Under the pieces are notes generated by a model. It made no database searches, had not been told where the DNA came from, and was given only the letters and a program-made list of their open reading frames with translations. The translations under genes were made by a program, and so were the position numbers. Positions 1 to 12,461 of a DNA stretch of 64,000 nt are shown here, piece by piece. This DNA comes from Oopsacas minuta (lineage: Eukaryota; Animalia; Porifera), in the NCBI GenBank assembly GCA_024704765.1, contig JAKMXF010000028.1, forward strand, positions 15,698 to 79,697, in the 5' to 3' direction. Positions within the stretch are counted from its first letter, which is position 1, and every line of letters begins with the position of its first letter.

Positions 1-1
1 T

Positions 2-1345
2 GTATGTGATGATCAACTACTTCAGTATACAGACCCGTATAATATTGTTAGACTCTGCTGTGAGATATTCTGTATTCTTTGTTGGATGCTATTCTTCGTG
101 GATGAGTTAATAGAGTTTATAATTGAGTGGGTACAGAAGAGACATGAGCGTAGAAATAGCAAGGACACAATGGAGACTATAAGGATATCTAAATCTGAAG
201 GTACTGGTGCGTTCAAAGTACTGTTTAAATGCTTCCAAAAAGTTAGTAATTATTCGAAACTTTTTGAATCTTTCGATCGGCTTCTGTTCTATTTCCCGAG
301 TGCTGTATTTGAATATATTTTCGGGTTTAACATTGTTGATTTCGCTGCACTAGTTTGTTTTGTTATCTTGGTTGCGTTACGGATTGCTGGTTCGTATATT
401 CAATGGACTTTTGCTTCTTTTACATTTATTCTATTCGCTCTTCGACTTTTTAAATACACACGTATTATCCCTTCACTAGGCGCATATGTACGTAGCGTAT
501 TCCGCGTATTCGTGCGTGATATTCCGCGATTTATCGTCATTGTCCTTATTCTAAGTATCTCCTATCTTGGCGGTATACACCTTGCTGCACGTCAGCAGCC
601 TCAATTTTCCTCAATGCAAACCGTTTCACTTAACCAGGAAGTGTGCACTAATCGTAGCTTCTCTCAATTATTATGGTTCAATGATGCAAAAACTTTAAAC
701 TATGATTTGAGAAAACCTATAATTTCCAGTATAATATTCTTGTTGGATGGAGGACCTGGCAATGTGGAGGATGACCTGCTGAATGTTAACATAGTCTTTG
801 TAATTCTCTACATTATTTTCGCATTTTCGATTATCGTCGTTTTACTGAATATTTTGATTGCTCAGCTATCAGAAACTTACAGCGAGATTATCAAAACTAA
901 TGAGTTTCATTATAAGATGGAGTTAGTTGTGAATTTAGAGTTGAAATCGAATCTAGCATTTATCACAGGAAAATTCCTCCGGAAATACAATACAATTAAT
1001 AAGCTAGAAATTCCTGTAAGTATTTGGGAAAATCTGAAGACTACCTGTCCAGGGAAAAGCATGGAGCAACAAGTGGATGAGATTAACGATAAACTTAGGA
1101 GCAGTGAGATGATTATTAAGGAAGAAGCACTTAAAGCTATTCACAATCAGGAATGGATTCAGGGTAAAATTTCAACGATTTGTGATTTTATATCCGATTC
1201 GAGTGATAAGAGTGCTCAATTTGGGAAAGGTTCTTCCAGTGACCCTATGACTTTTGCAAGAATAAGCGTCGTTGAGAATAAAATGAATTCTCTCGAGAAA
1301 AAGATTGATAGAATTTTGACTGCAATACAGGCGAAATCCGAATGA
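2..1345 (+). CDS. TRP cation channel (TRPV/TRPA-like), 3' part; 5' end lies outside the window
   Basis: Frame of ORF 86..1345 is open back to base 2. S4-S5 segment (FALRLFKYTRIIPSLGAYVRSVFRVFVRDIPRF), pore region, S6 with LLNILIAQLSETY, and a C-terminal coiled coil. Confidence 0.85.
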   Translation, partial: VCDDQLLQYTDPYNIVRLCCEIFCILCWMLFFVDELIEFIIEWVQKRHERRNSKDTMETIRISKSEGTGAFKVLFKCFQKVSNYSKLFESFDRLLFYFPSAVFEYIFGFNIVDFAALVCFVILVALRIAGSYIQWTFASFTFILFALRLFKYTRIIPSLGAYVRSVFRVFVRDIPRFIVIVLILSISYLGGIHLAARQQPQFSSMQTVSLNQEVCTNRSFSQLLWFNDAKTLNYDLRKPIISSIIFLLDGGPGNVEDDLLNVNIVFVILYIIFAFSIIVVLLNILIAQLSETYSEIIKTNEFHYKMELVVNLELKSNLAFITGKFLRKYNTINKLEIPVSIWENLKTTCPGKSMEQQVDEINDKLRSSEMIIKEEALKAIHNQEWIQGKISTICDFISDSSDKSAQFGKGSSSDPMTFARISVVENKMNSLEKKIDRILTAIQAKSE

Positions 1346-1359
1346 AATATCTTATATCT

Positions 1360-1383
1360 ATTTATTTATTTATTTATTTATTT
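1360..1383. repeat. (ATTT)6 microsatellite
   Basis: Directly visible just after the TRP stop codon. Confidence 0.95.
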
Positions 1384-1852
1384 GCTAAGATAATTCTATT
1401 CTAACGATTCCACTTGAATGCTAGGTAAAATGCGAAATTTCCTATTTATCATTTATCTTATATAACTCTATTTATCGAAAATTTATCTTATATTGTAGTT
1501 ATTGATTAACATATTTTCATTGCTGTGTCTCTGGATAGCTAGGAGAGTGCTGGGTTGTTTAATAAGTAATGAGACTAAATTGTATAAATTTAGAACTAAA
1601 CCCCTAAACCTATAATATAATTAGGGACATCGCCACGGGAGGCATAGGGGCAATGCCCCTGGCAAAATCTCGTGCCCTGGGCATGCCACCGGACCCCTTG
1701 GCTTAAATTGCAAACTGGAAACGATATATAGAGTTAAAGGGGAATATTTCGAAAGATTTGACACGGATTATATTCAGAGACGTCGCTAGGATTTTTCACC
1801 TAGGGGGGGCACGAAGTTACCAAGAGGCAGGACGATGGGTAAGGTGTTTCGT

Positions 1853-2220
1853 GAGTTTAGCAGGAGCATGCCCAGTGTCGGATCAATGAATTTTAGTTGG
1901 GTATAACCATGGTTCAAGAGCCAAATAATTGAAATAACGTTAGGTCTGCAATTGCCCAAGAAAGTTGTTTTCTGGTCGAGTAATGATGTGTAGCTCAGAG
2001 AATATTTGGGAGGTCGCTAGTCACATATGCACGACGCCACTGCAGGTGGAGGTCTGGGGTGCTGTAGGTCTTCCAGTAGTGACGAGGCGTAGCCCTTGAA
2101 CAATAAGCTATATTAGCTACTACATTAATTACCTTTGTACTGCCACGTATGTTGGAATTTTGAAACAATTTCTCATAATTGCGTAATACACATTTGGTTT
2201 GATTATTTTCCGATTACGCG
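1853..2220 (+). repeat. Dispersed repeat, homologous to 24319..24830
   Basis: Shared blocks GAGTTTAGCAGGAGCATGCCCAGTG, CACATATGCACGACGCCACTG and AACAATTTCTCATAA...TTTGATTATTTTCCGATT; ends approximate. Confidence 0.8.
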
Positions 2221-2239
2221 ATTGGCTTTGGCTTTACGT

Positions 2240-3240
2240 ATATGAATAAGATGGATATATTTCAGGGTTCTCCACTGGTAGCTTTTCTAGCACAGCGGCA
2301 TCGAATTCTTTATAGGTACTTATTTCCCTCTCCAGCCGTTTGAAATCATCAAATCTCTTCCCTCGAAGAGGGCTCTTCATCTGTCTGAATAACAGTAGCC
2401 GCTGGAAGCCAGATCTGGACTATAAAGTGGGTGAGGGAGGCATTCGAAACCTAAGTAGTGAATAGCATCCATTGTTTTGGAGCTTGCATAGGGCCTTGCG
2501 TTGTCATGTTGGAGTAGCACGCCACGTGTCAATTTGCCTCGCCTCTCACGCTTAATAGCTTTGCGCAATTCCTTCAATTCTTCGATGTAGTAATCACTGT
2601 TGATGGTGGTCTTCTCTGGTAACCAATCAAGAAGTAGAATTCCTTTCATATCCCAGTATCCATTCTCTTTTCAGCTGATGGTGCGGCCTTCACCTTCATA
2701 GGTACAGGATCATGCGCCTTTTCCATTGTTTCGATAGACTTTTATTCTCTGGTTCATAATAAGAAACCAAGACTCACCACCTGCTACGATACTATCCAAA
2801 AAGTTACTATCTGACTTGCACAGTGGCAATATTTTCTTGTTAACTTTAACTCCCAAATGGTTATTCATCTATCCTCATCCAATATCCTTTGAACTAAGTC
2901 AATATAAAGGCGATTCCTTGAAGAGGTCGGACACCTGGACGGACATCATAATGGAGGTCCTCATCGCCATTAATTGGCCATTTTCAAATCCTTCGATCCA
3001 CCTGTATATGGTAGCTTTTGAAGGACATTCACCGCCAAATACATCCTGCATTTCTTTAAGAATATGGGAGCCAGTATTCCCTTTTTTTCCACAGGTACCA
3101 AGTAATTTGAGGTTTTCCTTCCACGCTAAATTCCAATACGTACTTGAAAAAGTACTCAACACAATTGAAGCTAAAATAGGAGGTATTAAAAAGTCGAGTG
3201 TGCTGCTCACAGAATGATAGGAGTGACCCGGGCTGCAAAT
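2240..3240 (-). mobile_element. Degenerate mariner (DD34D) transposase remnant
   Basis: HTH fragment (PSKATIYRWIEGFENG), IVAGGESW/YEPE region, TINSDYY, LQHDNARP and HPLYSPDLASSGY in different frames. First catalytic Asp altered; ends approximate. Confidence 0.85.
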
Positions 3241-3259
3241 CGTCATACATGGGCGGATC

Positions 3260-3690
3260 CTAGATTTTTTATTGCAGCTCCTATAGGGAGGTGCACTAAT
3301 TGCATGGACGAGGTGCAACGTCCGTCCGTCCGTCCCCGTGGCCGTGCGAAATCTAGCAGTCCAATTAACAAATTGGCATACATAGACATTTTGGTGCACC
3401 GTGCACCTCGGGGTATGAATTTTTCTAGAGTGAATACTTCACACCTTTTTATGTATAATACAAAAGCAAGCTAGAGATTAGGTTTCAACATGTTGTCAGG
3501 GGTAATTGGGTGCGTAGAGTCTGATTTTGAGAATTCAGAGCTCGAAAGTAACTAATTCACAAATCTATCATATGATTAATCATATTTTCACACCCTTTTG
3601 AAATATTTCAAAATTATGCTAGAGATTTCATTTTAACTGCTAGTCAGGGGTAACCGAGTATGTAAATTCAAATCTATATCTACATGATTT
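3260..3690 (+). repeat. Dispersed repeat family with GTCC microsatellite; related copies ~10540..10810(-), ~45430..45620, ~47550..47900
   Basis: Shared GCAGCTCCTATAGGGAG start, GGCCGTGCGAAATCTAGCAGTCCAA and ATATTTTCACACCTTTT blocks. A DINE-1/Helentron-like assignment is inference. Confidence 0.7.
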
Positions 3691-3699
3691 ATCATATAA

Positions 3700-4490
3700 C
3701 TAGCGCGCTTCGCTTTCTAGATGGCTGCGCGACAGAAAATACTCAGTACTATGTGCCTTGATTTCACCGAATAGTTAATATTGTATTATCCATGGCCCAT
3801 CTAAATTGCATTCAATGGCCTTCTGTGGTGACACTGGTGATGCTATTGTCGCTTTTTGTTAATAATCTCTCCTTTGTGCCTCGGGTATTAAGAAATTTGA
3901 AATTTTTGATTTATGTATAGTCATGATGTAATAATCCCATGATGAATTAGCTTTTGGTCAGAACCATGACGTCAAGACATTTGTCACATTGAGGGGTAAT
4001 TGTGATTCAAATTTCAAACTTGTATCATTTATATTGGCTGAGCAGTGGTTAATAAAGTGATTTTCTAAATATCCAAAATGTGACAATGATATCATAATTT
4101 CTCATATCTGTGAAATTCGTCCTCTCTCTCTCTCTCTAATATATATATATGTTTGTATGTTCAGAATTTTTACCATACAGGCGTATTTTGGGCCTGGCTC
4201 GGACAAGTTTGATTCTTGGACGAAATCCACACCTATGATGAAATTATTACCCTTTTTGATTCTCGAAGTATCACATTATTAGCCACGGCTCAGCCAATAT
4301 TCTTGATAGAAGCTTGAAGATTATCACAGTGAGCCCTCATGTGCCAAAAGTTAACCTCATCCCGTCACGTAGCGACTCAAAAGCACTGACTAATGTAGCT
4401 ATTCATTCTTATGCTAAAACAAGGGACAAAGCTTAAGGATACTTCCGACCCTTCGCGTAGTGACCTAGCAAGTAAAGCGCGCTACTAAAT
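3700..4490. repeat. Two copies of a non-autonomous repeat in opposite orientation; other copies ~13850..14410, ~21950..22760, ~24835..25070, ~26440..26690
   Basis: Body motif GGGCCTGGCTCGGACAAGTT...CCACACCTATGACGAAATT and terminal motif AGCGACCTAGCAAGCGAAGCGCG recur in both orientations. Confidence 0.75.
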
Positions 4491-6692
4491 ATACTTTCCA
4501 GATGTTTCCGTTGGTGAGGAATTTATTGAGACCTCTTAGAAAGTTCTCACAGCAGTTTTTCATATCGTTTAGGCCTTTAATAATTTTTTATTCAATGACT
4601 TATGTATTTTACGAAAATAACCTCTACATACTAAATAATCTCAATACTTAATTCTACCTAAGTTCATGAACAACATAATACTATAAGTGAATGTCTCTAA
4701 TCTTCAATATAAGATAGGTCGGAAGCATAACATAATGGATAATCCCCAGATAAACTACTATATAGCAGTGGCGGATTTAGATGGGGGGGGGGCACAGGGG
4801 GCACGTACCCCCCCCTTGAAAAAATACACTTAGAAGTGGAGGAAGGAGACTCACACCGGACGCGATGTAATATCTAGTACGGGATTTTGTATACCTGCAA
4901 AATATATCACATGTGTGCATCTAGGGGACATTATGTCCTTTGAGACTACATATGAGACATAAACCTATTACATTGTATTCATAAAGTTTATGTTCATACA
5001 GTTGAAATCGGATTTTTTGTCTATCTGAGGGGTCAAGAATTGAAAAAATGTTCGACTTATTTTGTCCTACACTGACTGGGTTAGTACATTCCCTAAATTA
5101 ATAGCAAATAATACAGACTTTGTTATTATTGTTATTTGGTGATATTAGCTGTCAAGAATAATCTTGTTTACCAGTATTTAGCATAACGGGTTATATATTG
5201 TCTATCGGGTTATTTTATCGTTTTGGCAGTGCAATCGAATAGACAAAATAACCCAATTAAACTGTATGTACTTGACAAAATTTACGCCTTTTGAATTGTT
5301 ATGCTCCTTATGGCTACGGTCAGTGGCTCCTCTGTAGCTGTAATTATTCGGTTCTCTAATCGTCAACCAAAATACGAGTGCTTTGTGTACAATACAGTTA
5401 GCCCTCTCTAATTGTCCACTTCGGACCCTTGCCCACTGGTGGACAATTAGAGAGGACCCACATTATTAGATTTATTTTCCAATACCATTGTCAATTAACT
5501 AATATTTGTTAGCATGGGCGCATCTAGGTGGTTGTATTTGGTCCATGCTTTATGTTATCCCAGGGCAATAGTCAACAACCTCTGGGTTACTGAGAAAGAT
5601 AATAACATCTGTATTATTTAGGTTCCAGCAACCCAAAAGGTGAAATTCAGGTTCAGCGTACTTAGTTACCCCTGTGTAGCAGTTTAGAGCAAGCCTGTAT
5701 GTATATTTTGAAATTTGGCTAATTTGTTTACTTTTTATTCATAACAACAAGAAATATATTTACATATGATTAATTCAAAAGTGTGAAAATCGGATTCCGC
5801 ATATTCAATATATTTTAGTCAATTTTATTTAATTCTATTTACTTTCTTGATTACACGATAAATACAGTTATCAGAATTGCGAAATTCGAATTGAATAGAT
5901 AGTTTCAGATCATCAATGAAGCAAAATTGATTCATTTTTCATAGTTTGTGCTGATATTGAATGGAATGTATACCTATATGTTGATTAATATTAAGTAATT
6001 CATTTTGAATATTATTCGAGCCTCGACTAATTGCCTTTCCTATCAAAGTTTATTTCCAATAAAATTTACTCTACAAAACTGTGTATATACGTATTTTCAA
6101 CCCAGTGATGTAAACAACAAAACAAAACACACATCTTAACCTGAGCGAGAATTATCTAATTGAGGATGAATAGCTCACATGTGTCTTGAATTATCAGATT
6201 GTGCGTTGAAGCTGTGGGGAGAGAATTTTTATGACTAGCGTTTGGCTCTCAGGCCAATCCACAAGCCACAGAATAGTAATTTCATGTTATTTGATACCAA
6301 ATATCAATTGGTGAATGAGTAGGCGAAATGTCACGAATTTTAAATTAGTAAACGAATTGAGAGCAGGTGAAATCGGAACAATTCTTGTTAGTACAGGAAA
6401 ATGATTTGTTTCGATGTAAATATAATTATATGAATAGAAATAATAACTGAAATAACTGAAGGAAAAATATTCAACTCTTACAGTAAATGGGGCTACATTG
6501 GCCCACTGGATTTGCTTTAGTTTAGGACAAAAATTGCGTTTTTTTTAAGAAATTTCGAAATGATTCAGATTAAAATTTAAAATGACTTTGCAAATTCTAA
6601 TCATATTTCAAGAAAAATACAATATTTTGGTTAAAGAAAAACCCAGTGGTCCAAAGAGCCACATTTTACGGTATTTATACAGAAAAATTCGC

Positions 6693-9600
6693 TCATAACT
6701 GGTCTGTCCCTTCCTCTATCATCTCAGGGGGTCCCTGTTGTAAGAATAGAGTTTCTTTTGTAGACACATTTTCCTGGTTGAAGTCCAGCATATGGTTATA
6801 TTCTGATATCATTCCATTATTCAACTCAACAACTAACAAATAGAATCGCCATATAAATTAGTCGTATTCTGCAAGAATTGGTAATAAGCGAAAAATTATT
6901 AATATTTCTAATACAAAATATAATACATTTAATGACACTCATTTGGGCAAGCAAAAAGGTCGTTTATGTACGATGTGTGGCTAAATCCGAAATTGCTCCA
7001 AATGTCTATAAACCTTGATGGACTCCAAATATAGTCATTTGAATATGGTGCAATGCTCTTGCGAACACCAAACTATACATATGACGAACAAGTTTGGTGA
7101 TGCGTAGCATAATGTAGTACATATAGTTGCATAAAGGCTGTATGTACATGTAAAGTGTAATATAAATTACTCAATACTTGTCGCTTCCGTTTGCCAACTC
7201 CACTCGAATCTAAAAAGATGATATGTGGTAGGTTTAGAAATTATTGGAAATTACAGTGTTAATAATTTTAAAAGCGTTTTCTATTTTGGTTAGAGGACAT
7301 CTGTATGATTCAAAACGAGGGAAGTTAATGGTGTATGCTGTATAATTAGATCAATCCAAACCCAATTATTCACTAATTAGACTAATTGTACTAAGCGTTC
7401 CTGCATTACACAGTATAAAATGCTCCAAACTTGTAATATCCGAAGTGTTTTGGATGCTTCAGGCATGGAAAAGGTGTCGATATATTCGAAGTGTCATTAT
7501 CTCACATGTCGTTGTACTCGAAGTATGGTGTGTAGAAAATACTACTAGGGATTTCTGGACTAGAGAAAAGTGTCGTTATCAGAGATTTGTTGCTAAAACC
7601 GTTGTCTTTAAATCCGAAGTTTACTGTATTTGAAAATTGTTAATAATACAGAAATAGTTTACGTATTAGACCAGACGCAAATGGAAGTTCATAGATTAAG
7701 TGTGCAATGGCTTCCAAATATTTTTGGTTGATTCATCATCTCTGATGCCTGAGTCAGAATCGGTCAGGTACAAGATTGGCACCCATAAGTTTATTTTATG
7801 CCACTTTTGGACATATTTTGAAGCATAAAATGCTTATACCTCATTCAGTTTACAATCAAGTGAAGTGCGCATAATCCGATTCGCTGGGACTTCAGAAATA
7901 CATCCTGATTAGCCACACTCCAGATTGCATGCACTTGGCCCCAAAATGTTAATAATATTATAGAAAGATTACTTCTGTTTAAAAGGCTGCAAATCAAGTC
8001 TCCAAATATTATTTCTCTTAAGGTCGGCACTTGAATTAGTATTCGATTGAAAAATTCACAATTCTTCTTTTCCGGAGTCCGAGCACTAACATATCATATC
8101 AAACTGGACATGGTAAATAATCCGGATTACGCACACTTGACTGATCTCGATAAGTAAATATGTTTTTAATCAGTGTAACCCGGCGCTTAACTGTCACTTT
8201 GGATATTTTTTGTTATATATTTCTAAAACAACCACTGGAATATTTCATGAATGTAACAATTTTCCATTCACAAATTTTGTCTTAACCCTAGCGAGTCTAT
8301 GACTCTATGTCTAGTTATACACATACCGATCCTCGAAAATATCCTTAAACACAATTGTAAGAGTTGTTCCTCAGTGGCCTCCAAAAAATTATTGTTAATT
8401 CGTTATATAGATATTTATTATACATGATGTCATCGTTAATTTAAATTTAATATAAGAAATAAGGAGTATTCGAAATTTAATGGCCTATTTATTCGAGAAC
8501 CTGAGTATAGACCAGAAGCCCTGACCCGGCCACAGTCTGGGATTGCGATATCTAGTACTCACCTAAATTAACATTGAAAATGCCCCACCCCACCTTAGTG
8601 ACCTCATAGGGAGGTTTATAAAGAGTGATTACATCCGGTTTGAAGGTTGTGTGTAGGTGAAAGCTTACCGCACCGATGAAAGGTGTCAAATCGGTACCAG
8701 GCTCACCGCGTAAATACACAGTCCATTTATGAGAGGATTTTTTCTCAGTAGCACTTTCAGAGTCAACGGCTGATTGTTTCCCAGTGGAGATCTCCTCATG
8801 CGTATTACCAATATAGATTATACGGTGAGGGATGAATTGAGGAATTGGAATAGCTAGTTCCTTCATCAACATCTGACACACCTACATTATGTGTGGGGTC
8901 AAATCAGTTAATGTGTGTAACAACAATGACTGAATATACTGAATTACTTCGGGCCCTGGGTCATACACGCATGTATGCACTTCTGAGTACCCTCGTTTGG
9001 GAAATTGACTTAGGGTAGATAAAGATTGAAGAAAATTTTTGTCACGCTCTCTGGATCTGATCCAGTTTTTTATATTTTCATTTTTCTATATTTACGAGTA
9101 TTACCGTTAACCCGCTTTGCCCCCCCCCCCTCCCCACCCATAACTACCTCAATTTCTTTCAGATCAGCATTTAAATGCTAAATTCGGATTCAGTGTTCAA
9201 TTTGCAACATTTCGATATACAATAGAACTCGGATATAACGTTTTTCAGCATATGACATACTAAATTTTCAGATTACATTGGATTCTATCTAATACAACTC
9301 AGTTATCACGTACATACTTTTTCTCTACCTTTAGGTTACGTTATATCCGAGTTCTACTGTACACTAAGGTAATGACAGTGTCCATTTTTCTTGATTGGTT
9401 CAACGAGCAAGGCATTATTATTTTATGCTAGTGAATGTATTACACACTTGTAGAAATACATGCCATCAATCTATAAATGCAAAATTTTGTCAACATGTGC
9501 CAATTTATTTGCTTAGTAAGCAATAATTTGGCAAAAATTACCCAAAAACTATCCTATCTTTGTCATGAAATAATAACCAAGGCTGTAAGGATTGTGTAGA

Positions 9601-12461
9601 GCCTGCAGTTATTCAGTATAGTATATGTTAATTAATTACCAGTTAGTACTTATAACCGTAGACTCTCAGTGTAACGTTATTGCTAAATATTTCTCGTTGA
9701 TTACACTGATATTATTAACCGACATATATTGGTATCTCATAACATAAGCATATAAGTACTTAGCAATCTCTATGATTAAATTTTGTTTGAATACATGAGA
9801 TACGTTAAATATTAAGTTTTGATTAATATTACGAATACAAAATTATCCAAAACCGTTATTATAGACAATATATAAATTTGTCATGATAGGTTGGCATGTT
9901 TCTGAGTTAGAGCACAGGCCGTAGATGGCACTCATTTAACCAATCCATGGACCCTGTTCCTGAAAACATGGTCAGTGTGATCGTCTTAGTGTATTAGAAT
10001 ATTATGAATATATATATATATAGAAGAACTCGGAGATAACAAACCACTCAGAGTACGTCTTAATCCGAGTTCTAGTGTATATCAAATTGTTGGAACCTGA
10101 CCACTGAATCCGAATTTAACATTTAAATGCTGATCTGAAATGAATTGAAGAAGTTGTGGGTGAGGGGTCAAATCCGGCGAACGGTAATAATCGCAATATG
10201 TGAATTGAAATTACAAAAATCTGGACCAGATCAAGGAAGCGTGATAAAGCTTTTCTTCAATCTTTACCTACCCTAAATCAATTTTCCTCGGAAGTGCATA
10301 CATACATGTACCCAGCACCCGGAGCTGAGTATTTAGAATTTTTCAAAATTAAAAGATGTCCAGTCGACAGGCTGGTAGTGCAGCTCAGGGTTATGTATTT
10401 TGTTCTTTTCAGGGGCGTGTAAATGCCGCATACACTGGACCCTGACTGATTTTGGACTCCTGGATCTGATAAATATTTCAGGGTATTCAATATTATTCGT
10501 CCCATAATGTAACTTAATGTTCTATCCTCAAACCCTATGAATAAAACTCCGAATATTTATCCTACAATTATCCCTGTCTAACTTTTAAACGAAACTTCTA
10601 AGAGCATCTATTTTAAATATGTACAAAAAGGTGTGAATATACACTTTGGAAAATTCATACCAGATGTGCAAACCTCGACCCAAAATGGATATGTATGCCA
10701 ATTTTCATGTTGATTGGACTGCTAGATTTCGCACGGCCGCGCGGAAGGACGGATGTCGCAGATCGTCCATGCCATTTGGGCATCTCCCTATAGGAGCTGC
10801 ACTAAAAATAAATAAATAGAAAATTTAATGCTACATGTATTAAGAATTATATAAACTTGACTCGTTGATAAACCAGGAAAGATCAGAGCATTCAAATAAG
10901 TTTTTCACATCTGATACTTATCCGAATTAACAATAGGCCAATCAACTACTGATAGGGCACATACCAAATCAGTCCTGGCGAATATTCTGAGAGCAGCTGA
11001 TCCATCGAGAGGAGTTTTCTGAAGATTCACAATCACAAGTTTTCCTCCTTTACCAACAGTTTCTTCAGGCACATCGTTAGCAGGACTCACCCGGAGAGAA
11101 GAGCCTAACACAATCATGATGTCAGCCTCTCTTCCATTTTCATAAGCCAAAGCAAGAGCTTTCTCGGGCAGATTCTCACCAAAATGAATGATAGAATCTC
11201 TCATAGGAGTTTTACACTTGACACATTTGTCTAGTGTACAATGACAGAAGTGAGGTACTCGTTTCAAACAGGGCTTACATCTGCCATTGAATGGGTTAGG
11301 TTTCATTCTTACTTCTTTGTGCCTGAGTTGTTCATAACTACAACTCCAGCAAACTTCTAAATAGCAGTTTCCTAGATTCAAATATATAATAGACATTTCT
11401 TCAAAGTAGCTTATATTCCATAAAATAAACTCTAATAAGGAAGCCGTGAATTTTTGTCTCTAGAGCCATGGTCTAGCTATTTTCGTAGCCTCGTATATAG
11501 TCCCAAACAAAATTCAAGGTAAACATCCCTAGCGACAAATGCTATTTCTAAAACGCACAAATAATCAGTTTCTGAAAATAATATTTCAAAGAATTGAAGG
11601 GACTAAATTCCGGTACAGTGAATTGATTTAATCTACAGAAGTTACCAATATCCCTACTACAGTGGAACTAGGATAATACCCTTGACGGAAAGATGATCAC
11701 AGGGAAATTTGGTCGCGGAAAAATGGTAGCTGAAGTATTTACAAGAGAAAATTGAACTCGGGGAAAATTCATCTTTGTTCCAGGTATTTTGAGACACTAC
11801 TGGCTTGTTGTTGAGGCATATGCCATAGATTAGTTGTCATATCTGCATGGATATTAATCCAAGTCATTTTGAGGAACTCCTGCGTTGGTTGGGGCGGGCA
11901 TCTACCTTGAATTAGTGTTTATACCAGCAGATTATAAGTTTATGTACTCGAGGGCCCTAGGCCCGAGTATGGACATGAAGTGTCCGCAACCGCGTAGCGC
12001 GAGCAAGCGATGCACGCACGTGATTATAAATTTATAATCACTACGTCACTTGTGCCAGTGGTATTTATACTTCAATTTGTATTAGAATTACCGTGAAGCT
12101 CAGAGATACACTCTTTGCGTATACCAGATCTTCGATGCAGTCCATCTACATTCTGAGAAACTACATACTTGAGTATATTTCTATCTTGTAGCTCCTTCAA
12201 GGTCATATGACAGGGTGTTGGGATTGCGTCATCAAAAGAGGTTCTGGCTTTAGGCTTCTTACCCTGAGCTTTGAGAGTCCACACTCCATTAGGCCCTCTG
12301 TAATCAGGAATAGAAGCAGAAGTACTAATACCAGCTCCAGTGAATACCACTAGGTGCTTACAATCTCGTACCATGTTAGCTAATTTCTTTATTTTTACCT
12401 CTAGGTCAGCTGGTTTATCCTCGAACTCCTCAATCTCATCTAAGTCTACCGTGTTAGCCAT
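6693..12461 (-). CDS. Class IV (SIRT6/7-like) sirtuin fused to a C-terminal YEATS domain, 411 aa, 4 exons
   Basis: Exons 12461..12092, 11371..10965, 8881..8563, 6832..6693 (1236 nt), all GT-AG with matching phases 1, 0, 1. Sirtuin motifs [47 protein letters not shown] motifs [32 protein letters not shown]. Confidence 0.9.
9013..10273. mobile_element. Non-autonomous TIR element (~190-bp imperfect TIRs, TA TSD) in intron 3 of the sirtuin-YEATS gene, or intron 2 depending on numbering (the 8882..10964 intron)
   Basis: TA|GGGTAGATAAAGATTGAAGAAAA... versus ...TTCTTCAATCTTTACCTACCC|TA; inverted similarity continues to GATCAGCATTTAAATG. Confidence 0.8.
9220..9359. mobile_element. Tc1/Tigger-type MITE nested in the previous element
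   Basis: TA|CAATAGAACTCGGATATAACG ... CGTTATATCCGAGTTCTACTG|TA. Confidence 0.85.

Noticed and set aside
6693-12461. Horizontal transfer of the sirtuin-YEATS gene
   Set aside because: It has native-looking introns and composition; this cannot be judged without a phylogeny.
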